Shown: positions 1-9,607, counted from the first letter of the stretch. The stretch is DNA of 64,000 nucleotides from an uncultured Acidobacteriota bacterium (GCA_963805975.1 CAWDVR010000002.1:992001-1056000), one strand, 5' to 3'. Numbers and translations: made by a program. The notes: a model not told the origin generated them from the sequence alone.

Positions 1-156
1 AGCTCCGCGGGCCTCGCCGCCGCCCGCGACGCCGGCCTCTCCACCCTTGCCGTGGCGCACACCTACCCGGCGGCGGTGCTGGCTGCCGCGGACCTGGTGG
101 TGGAGAGCATCGGAGAGATCGACGTGGAGGCGCTCGCGGCTCGCTTCAGGGAGTGA
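1..156 (+). CDS. HAD-family phosphatase, C-terminal fragment (truncated by window edge)
   Basis: Frame 1 reads SSAGLAAARDAGLSTLAVAHTYPAAVLAAADLVVESIGEI..*, typical of the region after HAD motif IV. Confidence 0.7.
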   Translation, partial: SSAGLAAARDAGLSTLAVAHTYPAAVLAAADLVVESIGEIDVEALAARFRE

Positions 157-197
157 CCTCGGGACCTGCCCGAAGGATTCGGGGAGACCTGGGGGGA

Positions 198-551
198 CTA
201 CATGATCGGCATGCGGCTGGAGAACCCGTCCTCGTAGCCGTGGTAGTGGCCCACGATCTCCTCCGGGTAGCGCCAGCAGTAGTAGCCGTCGCCGCTGTCC
301 CAGTCCACCAGCCACAGGCCCTTGACCTCGCAGCCCACCGAGGTGATCTCCTCGGCCCAGGCCTGCACGATGCGGTCGTAGGCCGTGGTGAGCTCGTCCT
401 TGCGGGCCTCCATCTCGTCCCGGCTGTGGACGCCGTTCAAGAGCGCTTCGACCTGCCGCACTGCCGCGTGCGTCAGGTCACGAACCATGGGAAAGGTGTT
501 CACCGCTTCCTCGTACGAGAAGACTCTGCGCGACGCCCGCTGCTCCGCCAT
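198..551 (-). CDS. DUF2203 family protein
   Basis: FSYEEA N-terminus and GCEVKG-LVDW...YYCWRYPE...HYHGYEDGF..R C-terminus. Confidence 0.8.
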   Translation of the reverse strand: MAEQRASRRVFSYEEAVNTFPMVRDLTHAAVRQVEALLNGVHSRDEMEARKDELTTAYDRIVQAWAEEITSVGCEVKGLWLVDWDSGDGYYCWRYPEEIVGHYHGYEDGFSSRMPIM

Positions 552-608
552 GGATGCGGGATGGTAGCAGATGGCCTCTCGGCGCCGGGGCTTCGGCTTG
601 GCCCACGT

Positions 609-637
609 TTGACAAGCAGCGGTACGGGGCTTACCCT
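609..637 (+). promoter_or_regulatory. sigma70-type promoter for iscA-like gene
   Basis: TTGACA (609-614), 17-nt spacer, TACCCT (632-637). Confidence 0.6.
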
Positions 638-717
638 AGGAAATCGGCGCCGAGGCGAATCCTTGGATTCACTCGGCGCCGACCAAAATCCGACTTCTCG
701 AGCCCAGGAGCTTGCAC

Positions 718-1113
718 ATGGAGCATACGGAAACCACCCCTCCCACCGCTGCGGCGCCGGCCCCGAGCCAGGCGTCCGACGATCAGCCGGTCATCCTGAC
801 CAGCAAGGCCGTCGACATGGTGCGGATCACGCAGAAGCACGAAGGCATCGACGAGAGCTACGGCCTGCGCATCGCGGTGCGCGGCGGTGGCTGCAGCGGC
901 TTCGAGTACGCCCTCGACTTCGACAACGAGGCGCGGGAGAACGATCTCTCCTACGAACAGAACGGTTTGCGGATCTACGTCGACGGAGTGAGCGCGCGCT
1001 ACCTCTTCGGCACCACCATCGACTACGTGCTGGGATCGACCGGCGCCGGCTTCAAGTTCCAGAACCCCCGGGCGGTCGGCACCTGCGGCTGCGGCTCTTC
1101 CTTCGCCGTTTGA
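718..1113 (+). CDS. A-type Fe-S cluster assembly protein (HesB/IscA/ErpA family)
   Basis: GGGCSGFEY and C-terminal CGCGSSF motifs. Confidence 0.95.
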   Translation: MEHTETTPPTAAAPAPSQASDDQPVILTSKAVDMVRITQKHEGIDESYGLRIAVRGGGCSGFEYALDFDNEARENDLSYEQNGLRIYVDGVSARYLFGTTIDYVLGSTGAGFKFQNPRAVGTCGCGSSFAV

Positions 1114-1154
1114 GAGCCCACCCGGCGCCGCCCGGCCGGACGGCGCCAAGAACG

Positions 1155-1191
1155 GCCGGGCCGGAGCAACCTCGCTTCGGCCCGGCTTTTT
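1155..1191 (+). terminator. Rho-independent terminator
   Basis: Stem GCCGGGCCGGAGC / GCTTCGGCCCGGC, 6-nt loop, followed by TTTTT, between convergent genes. Confidence 0.8.
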
Positions 1192-1210
1192 AGTTTCTAC
1201 CCGTTGGTTT

Positions 1211-1858
1211 CTACCGCTCCGCCAGGAACCCGCGGTACAGCACCCCGGCCACCGCCGCGCCGACGATCGGCCCCAGGATGTAGAGCCAAGCCTGCGAGAG
1301 ATCGCCCAGCGCCACCGCCGGGCCCAGATAGCGGGCCGGGTTGAAGCCGGCCCCGGTGAGTGGGCCACCCATCAGGATGTTGAGCACCAAAGTCATGCCG
1401 ATCGCCACCCCGGCGAGGTTCCCGGCCTTGCCGCTCACCGCCGCGTTGAGCACCGTGTTGACCAGGAAGAAGGCGAGGATGGCCTCGACGAAGAAGCCCA
1501 CCGCGGGGGTGACGGTGGCCGCCAGCTTGAGCTCCCCGAGCCCGGTCGCCGTGCCGTTCACCACCCAGCGCAGGGTGAAGGCGCCGAGCACGCCGCCGAC
1601 GATCTGGGCGGCGATGTAGGCCACGGCGCGGACGGGCTCGATCTTGCCCGCGGCCAGCAAACCGCAGGTCACCGCCGGGTTCACGTGGGTGCCCGAGATG
1701 TGGCCGTAGGCGTAGACGAAGGCCAGCACCACCAGGCCGTGGGCGAAGGCGACGGCCACCAGGTCGCCGGACAGAGCGCCGGCGCCGGCACCGATGAAGA
1801 CCAGGGCGAAGGTGCCGATCGCTTCCGCGACCAGCGCTTTCGACAGGTTCCCTTGCAT
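1211..1858 (-). CDS. MIP family aquaporin
   Basis: Two NPA motifs (HVNPAVT, GFNPARY), six hydrophobic segments. Confidence 0.95.
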   Translation of the reverse strand: MQGNLSKALVAEAIGTFALVFIGAGAGALSGDLVAVAFAHGLVVLAFVYAYGHISGTHVNPAVTCGLLAAGKIEPVRAVAYIAAQIVGGVLGAFTLRWVVNGTATGLGELKLAATVTPAVGFFVEAILAFFLVNTVLNAAVSGKAGNLAGVAIGMTLVLNILMGGPLTGAGFNPARYLGPAVALGDLSQAWLYILGPIVGAAVAGVLYRGFLAER

Positions 1859-1928
1859 GGAGTTCCCCTCCTATTCCTCGCAGGGACGCCGGAAGGGCGC
1901 CCCCATTCATCCCGCCGCCCGCGCTCGG

Positions 1929-3035
1929 CTACTCCGGGAGCAGGCTCACCTCGGCCGAGCCGTAGCCCTCCACCGCGAGCACCATCCCCGGCTCGTAGGC
2001 CTTGCGATGGAGCACGGCGATGCCGACCGCGTTGCCTCCCGCGAGCGGCACGACCGCACTGCCTACCGCTCCTACCTCCTGCTCTTCGAAGAGCAGCCGC
2101 GTGCCAGCCGGTGGCGCCCCGGTACGGTCGAAGAGCAGCCGGCGCACCCCCCGGTTGGCCTTGCCGCGGTAGTGAATGCGAGCGATGACCTCCTGCCCCA
2201 GGTAGCAGCCTTTGGTGTAGCTCACCGCCTGCGCTTCGAGGCCGGATTCCTGCGGGAAATGATCGCTGCCGAAATCCTGGCCGAAGGCCGGCACCCCGGC
2301 CTCGACCCGCACCTGCTCCACCGCATCACGCCCCACGGCCAGGACCCCGGGTAGCGCGAGCAGCTCCTCGACCAGCGGCGGCGCCACGGAGGCCGAGACC
2401 CACAGGGTGAAGCCCGGCTGGCCGGCGAGCGCGGAACGCTCGATCGCGACCTCGATCCCCAGCACCATGGCGCGCAGGTTGCCGCGCGGTGGAGCCGGCA
2501 GCTCCGCTAGGTGCGTCAGGGTGGCCTCCGCCTGGGGGCCGAGGAGAGTCAGAGGCAACATGTCGGCGAGTGGCAGCACCTCGACGCGATCGGCGATCAG
2601 GAACTTCTTGAGGTGCGCCGAGATCCCCTCGCCCTGGCCAGCCGGAAGCGCCAGCCAAAGCCGGTCGGGAAGACTGAGCACGGTCACGTCCGCGAGGATC
2701 TTCCCCTGCTGCGAGGTGAAAAAGCCGTAGGCTCCCTCACCCGGCTCCAGCGCCTTGACGTCGCAGGACACGAGCCCGTGCAGGAACCGCTGGCGGTCCT
2801 TCCCCGTAAGCTCCAGCCGGCCGATCCAGCTCCGGTCGTAGAGCCCGGCACCGCTCGAGAGCGCCTCGGCCTCGCGGCCAAGCTCGCCATATCCCGCCAC
2901 CACCTGCTGGCCCGCCCAGGCACCGAACCGCGCCCCGAGCTGGCGGTGCAGCGAGGCTAGGGGCAGGCGGGCGAGGTGGCGCTCTGGAGCGCGTGATGCA
3001 GTTTCGATCACCCTGCGAAGTGTATCCCGCACCAC
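1929..3035 (-). CDS. ygfZ: YgfZ/GcvT-family folate-binding protein (start uncertain)
   Basis: KGCYLGQEVIAR YgfZ signature; GcvT-like GKDRQRFLHG. Confidence 0.85.
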   Translation of the reverse strand: MVRDTLRRVIETASRAPERHLARLPLASLHRQLGARFGAWAGQQVVAGYGELGREAEALSSGAGLYDRSWIGRLELTGKDRQRFLHGLVSCDVKALEPGEGAYGFFTSQQGKILADVTVLSLPDRLWLALPAGQGEGISAHLKKFLIADRVEVLPLADMLPLTLLGPQAEATLTHLAELPAPPRGNLRAMVLGIEVAIERSALAGQPGFTLWVSASVAPPLVEELLALPGVLAVGRDAVEQVRVEAGVPAFGQDFGSDHFPQESGLEAQAVSYTKGCYLGQEVIARIHYRGKANRGVRRLLFDRTGAPPAGTRLLFEEQEVGAVGSAVVPLAGGNAVGIAVLHRKAYEPGMVLAVEGYGSAEVSLLPE

Positions 3036-3049
3036 ACTACAATCCAGCC

Positions 3050-3889
3050 ATGGCTTCCGAGCCCTTCCACATCGTCCCTCCCACCGGCCGCCCGCTCCAC
3101 GGCTTGATCGATCTGCCGGACGCTCCCGGCCCGCGGCCGGTGGTGGTGGTCTGCCACGGGTTCAAGGGCTTCATGGAATGGGGCTTCTTCCCCTATCTCG
3201 CCGAGCTCTTGGCGGGCCGCGGCTTCACGCTGGTGCGGTTCAACCTCTCCGGCGCCGGCATGATGCCGGGTGACGAGCTGGTGACCTCGCCGGACGCCTT
3301 CCGGGCCAACACCTACGGCAAGGAGCTCGCGGACCTGCTCGCGGTGCTGGCGGCCCTCGGCGCCGAGATCGCTCCGGGGCGCGTCGACCTCGAGCGCATC
3401 GGCCTCTTCGGGCACAGCCGGGGCGGCGGCGCTGCGCTGCTGGCCGCGGCCTCGGAGCCTTGGCGGAGCCGGGTGCGCGCCCTCGTCACCTGGGCGGCGA
3501 TCAGCACCATCGACCGCTCCGATCCCGGGACGATGGCGGTCTGGCGCAAGGCCGGTGAGCTGCCGGTCGAGAACTCGCGCACCGGCCAGAAGCTCGCCCT
3601 GGGTCCGGAGATGCTGGCCGAGGTGGAGGCGAGCCCGGCCGAGCTCGACCTCCTGGCCGCCGCGGGCCGGCGCCAGGCGCCGTGGCTCATCGTTCACGGC
3701 GAGACGGACGAGAGCGTGCTTGCCTCCGAGGGCCGAACCCTCGCGGGCGCCGCGGCCGAGCCCAAGGAGCTGCGGCTGATCCCAGAGGGTAACCACACGT
3801 TCGGAGCCAGGCACCCGTTCTCCGGGCCGACGCCGCAGCTCATCGAGGCGCTCAACTCCACGCAGACCTGGTTCCGGCGCCACCTCTAG
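3050..3889 (+). CDS. alpha/beta hydrolase
   Basis: HGFKG oxyanion region, GHSRGG nucleophile elbow, HGETD and NHTF catalytic Asp/His. Confidence 0.9.
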   Translation: MASEPFHIVPPTGRPLHGLIDLPDAPGPRPVVVVCHGFKGFMEWGFFPYLAELLAGRGFTLVRFNLSGAGMMPGDELVTSPDAFRANTYGKELADLLAVLAALGAEIAPGRVDLERIGLFGHSRGGGAALLAAASEPWRSRVRALVTWAAISTIDRSDPGTMAVWRKAGELPVENSRTGQKLALGPEMLAEVEASPAELDLLAAAGRRQAPWLIVHGETDESVLASEGRTLAGAAAEPKELRLIPEGNHTFGARHPFSGPTPQLIEALNSTQTWFRRHL

Positions 3890-3926
3890 CCCGCGAGCCC
3901 ACGACCGCCGGACAAGGAGCTGCGAC

Positions 3927-4610
3927 ATGACCCCGCTTCTCTTCTGGGACGTAGACACCCAGATCGACTTCATGAAGGCCGACGGCAAGCTCTACGTGCC
4001 GGACGCCGAGAGCGTGATCCCCAATCTCGCCCGGCTGACCCGGGCGGCGCTCGAGCACCGCATTCCGGTCGTCTCCTCGGCCGACGATCACGAGCCGGGC
4101 GATCCCGAGCTTTCCGACACACCGGACTTCCGCGAGACCTATCCCCCCCACTGCCTGCGCGGCACCCCGGGCGTGCGGCGCATCCCCGAGACCGTGCGGG
4201 AAGGCGCGGTCGAGGTCGGCCACGAGCCGCTCTCCGACGACGAGATCGCCCGCCTTGCGGCGAGCAAGCCGCCGGTCATCCTGATCCACAAGAAGCGCTT
4301 CGACGTGTTCTCGAACCCGAACACCGAAAGGCTCGTGCGCGCCCTCGACCCGCGGCGCATCGTGGTCTACGGCGTGGCGCTCGACGTGTGCAATCGCTAC
4401 GCGATCGACGGCCTGCTGACGCGCGGCTTCGCTGGCATCGAGCTGGTCACCGACGCGACCAAGCCCATCCACGCCGAGGACGCGGCGGCGCTGCTCGCGG
4501 GTTGGGAGGCGCGGGGAGTGAAGCTCACGACCACGGAGATGGTGGTCCCCCGCCTGCAACCCTCGTCAGGCCGCCATGATGTTGCGCAAGAAGGCCGGAT
4601 AGGACTGTGA
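3927..4610 (+). CDS. cysteine hydrolase, nicotinamidase/isochorismatase family
   Basis: DVDTQIDF, DDH, PPHC, KKRFDVF, GVALDVC motifs. Confidence 0.9.
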   Translation: MTPLLFWDVDTQIDFMKADGKLYVPDAESVIPNLARLTRAALEHRIPVVSSADDHEPGDPELSDTPDFRETYPPHCLRGTPGVRRIPETVREGAVEVGHEPLSDDEIARLAASKPPVILIHKKRFDVFSNPNTERLVRALDPRRIVVYGVALDVCNRYAIDGLLTRGFAGIELVTDATKPIHAEDAAALLAGWEARGVKLTTTEMVVPRLQPSSGRHDVAQEGRIGL

Positions 4611-5255
4611 CCGGGCCGCGGCGAGGTCGAAGGCGGTCAACCCGTCCAGGAAAGCCTCGACAGTCGCGGTAAACACAGCGTCCATCGCGGAGTCATTGGG
4701 GAACGCTTCGAACGCCAGGGAGCAATAGGCCTTCCCGGCTACTTCCAGGTCCGTCAGCTCGAACCCGAGGCCGCGATCGACCAAGGTCTTCCCATCGACT
4801 TCTTGAGCCTTCCCCGTCAAAGTGTCCAGCCGCACCTTGCGCAGCGCACGAGTCTTCCGAACCGAGGCCGTCACCAGCCCCGTCTCCTCTCCCGCGCCGA
4901 AGAGTCCTTCATACGCAGCCGGGGTGTTCTTGTACGACCACTTGATCCAGCGTTCGACCTCCCCCTGATGTCGGCCGCAGAACACTTGCCTGCCGAGAGA
5001 AGAGACCAGGCCCTTGATTTGCAGCTCGCCTTCGCGCCATTTGATGCCCATGTCGTCGCTACCGGGTACGAGCAGATAGACGTCGGGCCGGTCCCCGAGC
5101 CGGCCCTTCCATTCCGGCGGCCCGACCTCAGGACTCTTGGAGATCGTCACCGGAGCCATGGTCTCGAACCAGCGAGTCAATGATTCGTGCTGGTTGGACT
5201 TCCCTTCAAAAAACCACCGGACCTCGTGACTGGCCAGCGGGATGGTCTTTGCCAT
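4566..5255 (-). CDS. hypothetical protein, CYTH-like fold suspected
   Basis: N-terminal HEVRWF, DVY, GIKWREG, WIKW and C-terminal SYP pattern; less GC-biased codons. Confidence 0.6.
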   Translation of the reverse strand: MAKTIPLASHEVRWFFEGKSNQHESLTRWFETMAPVTISKSPEVGPPEWKGRLGDRPDVYLLVPGSDDMGIKWREGELQIKGLVSSLGRQVFCGRHQGEVERWIKWSYKNTPAAYEGLFGAGEETGLVTASVRKTRALRKVRLDTLTGKAQEVDGKTLVDRGLGFELTDLEVAGKAYCSLAFEAFPNDSAMDAVFTATVEAFLDGLTAFDLAAARSQSYPAFLRNIMAA

Positions 5256-5281
5256 CGTACGATCCTCCCTCGTTCGCCGAG

Positions 5282-5971
5282 CTACCCCGTCAGCTCCGGC
5301 AGCATCGTCGCCGCCTCGATCAAGTCCGCTGCCACCCAGTCCGCGCCCGCTTCGGCCAACCGCTCGACCGGGGTGCGGCCGGTGGCGACGGCCAGGACCG
5401 GAACGCCGTGCGCCTTGGCGCAGGCCACGTCGTGCACCGTGTCGCCGATGATCAGCGCCTCCTCCGGTGCGAAGCGCCGGCCGGTCGCGGCCTCGGCCCG
5501 TGCCAGGGCCGCCGGCACCAGCTCCGGACGCTCGATGCCGTCGTCGCCGAAGCTGCCGAACGGGAAGTGGCGGTTCAGGTCGAACCGGTCGAGCTTGGCC
5601 CGCGCGCCGGGCTCCCAGTTGCCGGTCAGGAGCGCGAGCGTGTGCTCGCCGCGCTCCGCGAGGCCGGTCAGCGTCTGCTCGACCCCGGGCATCAGGCGCA
5701 TGGAGTCGCGACAGAGCCCCGCCTCGAGCCGGCCGAGGTAGAGCTCGCGCATGCGCGGCAGACGGGAGCGCACCTCGTCCGCATCGAGCCCTGCCGTGGC
5801 CATCAGCTCGAGCACGATCTGGCCATCCGTCTTGCCCCCGAAGTCGTAGCCCGCGATCTCACCCGCAGTGCCGAAGACCTCCACCAGGCAGGCGGCGAAA
5901 ATCTCTCCCGCCTGCCGGCCGCAGGTGAGGAGCGTGCCGTCGATGTCGAAGAGGAGAAGGCGCGTCTTCAC
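5282..5971 (-). CDS. HAD-family hydrolase
   Basis: FDIDGTLL motif I, LLTGN, IIGDTVHD; GTG start overlaps upstream stop (GTGA). Confidence 0.9.
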   Translation of the reverse strand: MKTRLLLFDIDGTLLTCGRQAGEIFAACLVEVFGTAGEIAGYDFGGKTDGQIVLELMATAGLDADEVRSRLPRMRELYLGRLEAGLCRDSMRLMPGVEQTLTGLAERGEHTLALLTGNWEPGARAKLDRFDLNRHFPFGSFGDDGIERPELVPAALARAEAATGRRFAPEEALIIGDTVHDVACAKAHGVPVLAVATGRTPVERLAEAGADWVAADLIEAATMLPELTG

Positions 5972-6774
5972 CGCCACGCCACGGGCTTCTTGGTCTCGAG
6001 AAACGTCGAGATCCCGTGCCGGCAATCCGCGGTGGCGCGGGCGGCGGCGTTGGCCGCCACGGCGCGTTCCAGGGCGTCCTCGAGCGGCCGGCCGAAGACC
6101 TCGAGCAGCAACCTCTTGGTGCGCGCGATGGACTCCGAGCTCGCCCGGCCCAGCACCTCGGCGGCGAGCGCCTCGCCGGCCGCCGCCAGCTCCTCGCGCG
6201 GCACCACGCGGTTGGCGAGGCCGATGGCCAAGGCCTTCTCGGCGCCGACCGGCTCCGGGTTGAGCAGCATCTCGCGCAGGTCCGAGCCCCGGAGGCGCAG
6301 CGGCAGGTAGGTCGCCACCAGCGCCGCCACGAAACCGATCCGCACCTCGCTGTAGAGGAACTTGGCGTCGTCCCCGGCGAGCACGAAGTCGTGCGCCGTG
6401 GCGAGGCCGCAGCCGCCCGCCACGCAGGAGCCGTGCACCAGGGCAATGGTGAGCGCCTCTTGCCGCAGCACGGCCTCGAAGAGCCCGCGCAGGCGCTCGG
6501 AGTCCTCGCGGTTGTCTTCGGGGCTCGCGTCGAGCAGCGAGCGCAGGTGCTCCAGATCGGCACCGGCCGAGAAGTGCCGGCCGGCGCCGGCGAGCAGGAT
6601 GGCCCGCACGCCTTCGTCGCGCCACGGCCGGCGGTAGAGCGCGGTCAGCTCGGCGAGGAGCGGCGGCGAGAGCGCGTTGGCGCGCTCGGTGTTGGCGAGC
6701 GTCACCCACAGCAGGTCGTCCTGCCGGCGGACCTCGAGATACCGGTGCTCGCTCGGAGTGGGGTCGCCGGCCAA
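5968..6774 (-). CDS. enoyl-CoA hydratase/isomerase (methylglutaconyl-CoA hydratase-like)
   Basis: FSAGADL, AGGCGL, SEVRIG crotonase motifs. Confidence 0.9.
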   Translation of the reverse strand: MAGDPTPSEHRYLEVRRQDDLLWVTLANTERANALSPPLLAELTALYRRPWRDEGVRAILLAGAGRHFSAGADLEHLRSLLDASPEDNREDSERLRGLFEAVLRQEALTIALVHGSCVAGGCGLATAHDFVLAGDDAKFLYSEVRIGFVAALVATYLPLRLRGSDLREMLLNPEPVGAEKALAIGLANRVVPREELAAAGEALAAEVLGRASSESIARTKRLLLEVFGRPLEDALERAVAANAAARATADCRHGISTFLETKKPVAWR

Positions 6775-6777
6775 CCT

Positions 6778-7128
6778 CTAACCCTTTTCCAGCCCCAGCT
6801 CGCCGGCCAGCTCGTCCGGCACGTCGAGCTCCAGCGTCAGCAGGCCCTGGCCGTGGGTCTTGCCCTGGGCGTCCGTCTTCAGGCTCTCGGTGCCGCCGCC
6901 GCCCAGGGAATCGTGGAGGATGAAGTTCAGGGCCAGCAGGTTCGGCACTTCGTAGCGGTCCACCCGGCCGCGGCAGACTTCGCGGAAGTGCTGCTTCACC
7001 CGCTCCGACGTCAGCTCGCGGCGCAGCAGCTCGTAGGCCGCGGGCGTGTAGGCGACGAGGCCGACGTTCGAGGCGTCGCCCTTGTCTCCCGAGCGGGCGT
7101 GGGCGATGGCGCCCAAGGCCACTTTCAC
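6778..7128 (-). CDS. AtuA-related small protein (stand-alone C-terminal domain)
   Basis: AHARSGDKGD...LGGGG...DAQGK; GTG start overlaps upstream stop. Confidence 0.85.
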   Translation of the reverse strand: MKVALGAIAHARSGDKGDASNVGLVAYTPAAYELLRRELTSERVKQHFREVCRGRVDRYEVPNLLALNFILHDSLGGGGTESLKTDAQGKTHGQGLLTLELDVPDELAGELGLEKG

Positions 7129-7445
7129 GGCGCGGCCTCGGCCGGCATCAGGGCCGCGATCCCCAGTCCCAAGGCCTCGCGGTGGCGGACGACGAGCACC
7201 CCGAGCACCACCCACCCCGCGGCGAGGACGGCGAGTGCCAGCGCCGGGCGGGCCGTGAAGCTCCGGTGGAGGGCGAAAGCGTAGGCGGCACCGGCGGCGA
7301 GCGCCCAGGCGAGGAAGGCCGGCCGGTCCGCCACGGCGCTCGCGAGAAAGCCGACGACGAGCGTGGGCCCGAGGCCGACCAGGAGCCAGCGGCGCCAGCG
7401 CGTGTTCATCGGGGCCGTGAGTGAGAGATCCAGGCGGCTGCTCAC
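7125..7445 (-). CDS. small membrane protein
   Basis: Three hydrophobic segments; GTGA overlaps at both ends within the operon. Confidence 0.6.
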   Translation of the reverse strand: MSSRLDLSLTAPMNTRWRRWLLVGLGPTLVVGFLASAVADRPAFLAWALAAGAAYAFALHRSFTARPALALAVLAAGWVVLGVLVVRHREALGLGIAALMPAEAAP

Positions 7446-8821
7446 ACTTCCTCCACGGTGACCACGACATGGTCCTCCACCACCTCGCGCGCCAGGAGCG
7501 CCGGCCAGTAGGCGACGATGCGCTGCGGCTTGGGACGGCCCCCGGCGAAACCGGTCACCCCCGGCGGCCCCGCGGTGACGAGCGGCGCGATCTCCTTGCC
7601 GAAACGCTCGACCCGCGCCGGATCGGCATCGCGCACCCCGAGGCGGAGCACCACCTCCGGCGGCTCCGTGGGCACCGGCTGGAGGCCGGGCAGGCAGGCG
7701 CCCAGGCCCAGGTACTCTTCGGAGCGGTGCTCGGGGTCGAACGAGCAGCCGGCGCGCTCCAGGCGCTTCCACACGATCTCGGCCGCCAGCCGTGCCTTCT
7801 CGACCGCCCGCGGGCCGGCGAGCGTGATCTCGCCGCTCGCCTTGTAGCCCGCGAGATAGGAGGCCGAGACCTTGAGAAACGGCGTGTGGGGCCGCCCGCG
7901 AACTCCGGAGACGCGCACCCGGTCCGGGCCTTCCTGCGCGAGCCGGATCGAGGTGAAGTCGGCGATCACGTCCGGGGTGATGTAGTGGGCCGGGTCGCCC
8001 ATCTCGTAAACCAACTGCTCGGAAACCGTGTCTATGGTGACCATACCGCCGGTGCCCGAATGCTTGGTGACCACAAACGAACCGTCCGCCGAAGCCTCCG
8101 CGATGGGGTAGCCCGCGTTCCACAGCTCCGGAACCTCCCAGAAGCGGCTGAAGTTGCCGCCCGTGGCCTGGGCACCGCACTCGAGAATGTGGCCCGCAAT
8201 AGTGCCCGCCGCCAGGCGATCCCAGTCGTCCCCCGCCCAGCCGAACTCATACGCCAGTGGTGCCAGGGCGAGGGCGGTGTCGGTCACGCGACCGCAGAGC
8301 ACGATGAGCGCTCCCTGCTCCAGGGCCTGGCACACTGGCTGCGCGCCCAGGTAGGCGTTGGCGGAGGTCACGCGGTCGAGGAGGGGGGCCAGGGGCGCGC
8401 CGCTGTCCATGTTCTCGAACGGGTGGCCGGCCGCGATCAGGCCGGGGAGGCGCGGCAGCAGGTCGTCGCCCTCCACCACCCCCACCCGGACGCCCGAAAC
8501 GCCCAGCTCGCGCGCCACTTCGAAGATCTTCGCGCGGCAGGCCCGCGGGTTGAGGCCGCCGGCGTTGGTGAGCACGCGAACGTTCTGCTCTTTGAGCCGG
8601 GGAAGAACGCGGCGAATGAAGTCGATGAAGTCGGTGGCGTAGCCCAGCGCGGGGTCGCGGAGCTTCTGGCGCATCATGATCGAGAGGGTCACCTCGGCGA
8701 GGTAGTCCATCCCGATGTAGTCGATCGGACCGCCGGAGAGCAGCTCTACCGGCGCGTCGACGTTGTCGCCCCAGAAGCCCTGCCCATTGCCCACCCGCAC
8801 CGTTCGCTTGAGCGCCGTCAT
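7442..8821 (-). CDS. acyclic terpene utilization AtuA family protein (DUF1446)
   Basis: GFWGD, DYLAEVT, TNAGGLNP, GHILECGAQATGGN, EQLVYE motifs. Confidence 0.9.
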   Translation of the reverse strand: MTALKRTVRVGNGQGFWGDNVDAPVELLSGGPIDYIGMDYLAEVTLSIMMRQKLRDPALGYATDFIDFIRRVLPRLKEQNVRVLTNAGGLNPRACRAKIFEVARELGVSGVRVGVVEGDDLLPRLPGLIAAGHPFENMDSGAPLAPLLDRVTSANAYLGAQPVCQALEQGALIVLCGRVTDTALALAPLAYEFGWAGDDWDRLAAGTIAGHILECGAQATGGNFSRFWEVPELWNAGYPIAEASADGSFVVTKHSGTGGMVTIDTVSEQLVYEMGDPAHYITPDVIADFTSIRLAQEGPDRVRVSGVRGRPHTPFLKVSASYLAGYKASGEITLAGPRAVEKARLAAEIVWKRLERAGCSFDPEHRSEEYLGLGACLPGLQPVPTEPPEVVLRLGVRDADPARVERFGKEIAPLVTAGPPGVTGFAGGRPKPQRIVAYWPALLAREVVEDHVVVTVEEV

Positions 8822-8848
8822 GTTCTTTGCAAGGTTAGCATGCCAAGT

Positions 8849-9226
8849 ATGGCCAGCAAGGGCAGGGGATATCGCACGGTGGAGGTGGAGGGTTTCGCCA
8901 TCCTCATCGGGAAGGGCGACACCGAAAATGACGCGTTAACTTTCCAGGTGGCCGATCCGGCGGACTTCTGGCTGCACGTGGCCGGCTACCAGGGGAGTCA
9001 CGTGGTGGTCCGCAACCCGGATCGCCTGGCCGAGCTGCCGCGGCCGGTGCTGGAGCGCGCCGCGGAGCTCGCCGCCTGGCACTCCAAGGCGCGCAATGCC
9101 AGAGGAAAGGTCGAGGTGCACCTGTGCCGGGTGTCGGACGTAGGCAAGCCCAGGGGGTTCGCCCCGGGAAAGGTGGAGCTCTCGCGCTGGACCTCGCTCA
9201 AGGTGTACGTGAGGGACTCGGCATGA
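8849..9226 (+). CDS. stand-alone NFACT RNA-binding domain (DUF814) protein
   Basis: IGK..END.LT, WLHVAGYQGSHVV, AAELAAWHSK, KPRG..PG.V. Confidence 0.85.
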   Translation: MASKGRGYRTVEVEGFAILIGKGDTENDALTFQVADPADFWLHVAGYQGSHVVVRNPDRLAELPRPVLERAAELAAWHSKARNARGKVEVHLCRVSDVGKPRGFAPGKVELSRWTSLKVYVRDSA

Positions 9227-9242
9227 GCTGTCCGTCTAAGGA

Positions 9243-9587
9243 GTGTCGTTCTCTGCGCAAGCGCAAGGGAGGCCATCAGTGATTTACGAGAGGCTCAATA
9301 CCGAGATGCGCCGTACCGTGGACGTGTACGTACTTCGTCTGCTGCCGCTGTCCTGGCAGGGCCGAACCTCCCTGCTGGCCGAGGCCTCGACACCGTTCGA
9401 GGAGCAGTTCGAGGGCAACGCCGCCGAGCTCGCCGCCCGCGGCTTCATCACCGCCGTGCTCGAGCGCCTCGACGACGTGGCCGAGGTCGACGACCCGCAT
9501 CAGGCGCTGCTGCTCTCGCGCTCCCTCCTCCCCGAGCACCGCAGCCGGGCGGAGGCCTACATCGAGGAGTCCTGGACGGTCCACTGA
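9243..9587 (+). CDS. hypothetical protein (start uncertain, possibly 9279 or 9306)
   Basis: Fills the gap between neighbours with high-GC codon usage; no motif recognised. Confidence 0.55.
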   Translation: MSFSAQAQGRPSVIYERLNTEMRRTVDVYVLRLLPLSWQGRTSLLAEASTPFEEQFEGNAAELAARGFITAVLERLDDVAEVDDPHQALLLSRSLLPEHRSRAEAYIEESWTVH

Positions 9588-9607
9588 GCGCCGGCAGGCG
9601 GTGCTCC

